From Octopus sinensis (Eukaryota), in assembly GCF_006345805.1 (NCBI RefSeq), contig NC_042997.1:137888001-137952000 (forward strand): DNA of 64,000 bases. The letters run 5' to 3'. Position 1 is the stretch's first letter, and every line of letters starts with the position of its first letter. The translations under genes and the position numbers were made by a program. Positions 61,401 to 64,000 of this stretch are shown in pieces. The notes below the pieces were generated by a model, which worked only from the letters and a program-made list of their open reading frames with translations, did no database searches and was not told where the DNA came from.

Positions 61401-62140
61401 TTGAAATAAAGCTAACACAGCTGTAAAAAGCATCCTTTTTCTGTTAGTACTTCAACTCCATCAAACTGGAAATGATATTTTCCTATATTTTTCTCCATTT
61501 AAAGAAAGAAAGCAGAAATGATTAAACTATCCATAGCAACATATTTACACTTAAAGGAACAGACATCAAGTCTGATGTATAAACATATACTGTCAGGTGC
61601 TTTGCTTAAATTAACAAAATATCTTAAGGTTCAATGATCATTGTTGATTATAAAGCTGATAGGAACAGTTTATAAAGAGGAAAGGTTATAGCTTTCAAAC
61701 ATTAATTTCTTGTGTTTTACATATATTGATTTCTTATTTTGCCATAAAGGCATAAATATTTAAAAGAGAATCAATCAACAGTCAATCAAATTGATTCTTC
61801 AGTATATATTACTGGTATAGTAAGACAACAGGGTAAGGCTGTAAGTAGGAGAGGTTAGGAAGTGAAAGGAAAAGGGTGAGATACAGTAACTGAATAAATT
61901 AAGAGAAGTTAAAAGAAGTTAAAAGCAAGAAAAGGTGATTTTTTTTTTGTTAAATAGAAAAAAATAGAAAATCTCAAAAAAAATTACATAAAAGAAAATT
62001 TAAGAACCCACCAAAACTTTCTCTAGGACAATTCACAAACTCTCAAAATATCTTAAAAGATCTAAAATTTTTCAAAAGTTTTGAAGTTATGAAATTTTAA
62101 AGTGTCAAAAGTTTTAAAGTTTCAGAGGCTTCAAAAAGGT

Positions 62141-62310
62141 CGCGTGCGCGCCCGCGCGTGTGTGTGTGCACGTGTGTGCGTGTGCGTGCATGCGTGCATG
62201 CGTGAGTGAGTGAGTGAGTGAGAGAGAGAAGTGGGTAGGTAGATTGATAGATGGATAGCTAGGTAGAAAGAAAGAAAGAAAGAAAGGAAGACAGACAGAC
62301 AGACAGAAAG
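62141..62310. repeat. Compound microsatellite (CG/TG, TGCA, TGAG, GA, GAAA, GACA)
   Basis: Directly visible run of successive simple repeats. Confidence 0.9.
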
Positions 62311-62748
62311 AACCTACATTTGGCATGTGGATAACCTTATTGCTGGTTGTTGGGTTTAATCACAAATGCTTACAGATCAAAGATCCTTCATCAAATGTTC
62401 ATTTTGCATTTTTGTTCAAATAGTGGTCATTTCTGTTGTCAGTTAAAGGCTCTGGAAGAAGTAGATGTACTTCTAGCTATCAAGCTCATTCTGGCAGTTA
62501 AGATGCTGGGCACTTTCTTCCTAATGAAGTATATTTCCATAATCTCGAGGTTGACTGCATCTGTCCCCTTACCAGTATATGGGTGGAGAAATCCCCACCA
62601 CATTGTCTGTGGTATTGGAACATGCTGAGATTTTTTTGAGATTTTGTGAATTATTCTAGGGAAATTACTTTAGGGTTTTTTGAAGTTTAAAAATATTTTC
62701 TTTAAGTGAATTTTTGAAATTCTTTAAAATTTTATATATATATATATA

Positions 62749-63157
62749 CTCTTTACTCTTTTTACTTGTTTCAGTCATTTGACTGCGGCCATGCTGGAGC
62801 ACTGCCTTTAGTCGAGCAAATCGACCCCGGGACTTATTCTTTGTAAGCCCAGTACTTATTCTATCAGTCTCTTTTGCCGAACCGCTAAGTGACGGGGATG
62901 TAAACACACCAGCATCGGTTGTCAAGCAATGCTAGGGGAACAAACACAGACACACAAACATATTCACACACACTTATATATATGTACATATATACGACAG
63001 GCTTCTTTCAGTTTCCGTCTACCAAATCCACTCACAAGGCATTGGTCGGCCCGGGGCTATAGCAGAAGACACTTGCCCAAGATGCCACGCAGTGGGACTG
63101 AACCCGGAACCATGTGGTTGGTTAGCAAGCTACTTACCGAACAGCCACTCCTGCGCC

Positions 63158-63192
<35 letters not shown>

Positions 63193-63600
63193 TCTTTACT
63201 CTTTTTACTTGTTTCAGTCATTTGACTGCGGCCATGCTGGAGCACTGCCTTTAGTCGAGCAAATCGACCCCGGGACTTATTCTTTGTAAGCCCAGTACTT
63301 ATTCTATCAGTCTCTTTTGCCGAACCGCTAAGTGACGGGGATGTAAACACACCAGCATCGGTTGTCAAGCAATGCTAGGGGAACAAACACAGACACACAA
63401 ACATATTCACACACACTTATATATATGTACATATATACGACAGGCTTCTTTCAGTTTCCGTCTACCAAATCCACTCACAAGGCATTGGTCGGCCCGGGGC
63501 TATAGCAGAAGACACTTGCCCAAGATGCCACGCAGTGGGACTGAACCCGGAACCATGTGGTTGGTTAGCAAGCTACTTACCGAACAGCCACTCCTGCGCC

Positions 63601-63603
<3 letters not shown>
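62749..63603 (-). mobile_element. Two identical tandem copies of the tRNA-derived SINE (period 443 bp)
   Basis: 62749-63160 and 63192-63603 read identically, each bracketed by (TA)n. Confidence 0.9.
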
Positions 63604-63649
<46 letters not shown>

Positions 63650-64000
63650 AAAAGTCCCCTTTTGACTTGTTTTTAACTTTTAACCTGAAATTCCCAGTTG
63701 TATCTTGCAATTTCCATAATAGTGAAATCCCTTAACCTGAGGTAGCTGTAATGTCAAATATGCCTGTATATATATGAAATCTATATTCTAAAAAGGTATT
63801 TGTTTCAGACTTTTAATTGGCTATCATCATAACAGCTCTTGCATACAAGGGCAATAAAAAGATCATAGGCTTTGTACAATAGAGGACTCAAAATACTTCT
63901 AGCAAATAAAAGATAACATAATTGGAGAGATAAACTTTTCAAATAATTTTACCTTTATTGTAATAACATCAGGTAAATTGATAGATTGCAATTAACTAAC

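Overview
Eukaryotic, AT-rich, microsatellite- and SINE-dense genomic DNA. The repeat landscape looks like an octopus (coleoid cephalopod); this is inference. Two spliced genes face each other tail-to-tail. (1) On the + strand are the last 10 coding exons of a WD40 protein matching DCAF11/WDR23 (32..13891; the N-terminal exons lie left of the window). (2) On the - strand is a nuclear receptor HNF4 (NR2A) gene with six well-supported coding exons (29582 down to 21128). Two candidate alternative first coding exons lie at 37532..37571 and 61027..61108 (the latter with a second in-frame donor at 60997). Both splice in phase 1 onto the DBD exon, recalling the P1/P2 architecture of vertebrate HNF4A. 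The introns hold a young 5'-truncated RTE LINE with a PHD-type finger inside its RT, an older RTE fragment and a CR1 3' end. They also hold three decayed mariners, a Tc1-like element with DD36E spacing, a non-autonomous Helitron, piggyBac-, hAT- and mariner-type MITEs, a possible solo LTR and many SINEs. Several local template-switch or duplication scars are visible: a perfect 64-bp-arm palindrome, a MITE that captured flanking DNA, and an identical 443-bp SINE tandem. No rRNA, true tRNA or CRISPR array is supported. All calls were made by eye, without database searches.
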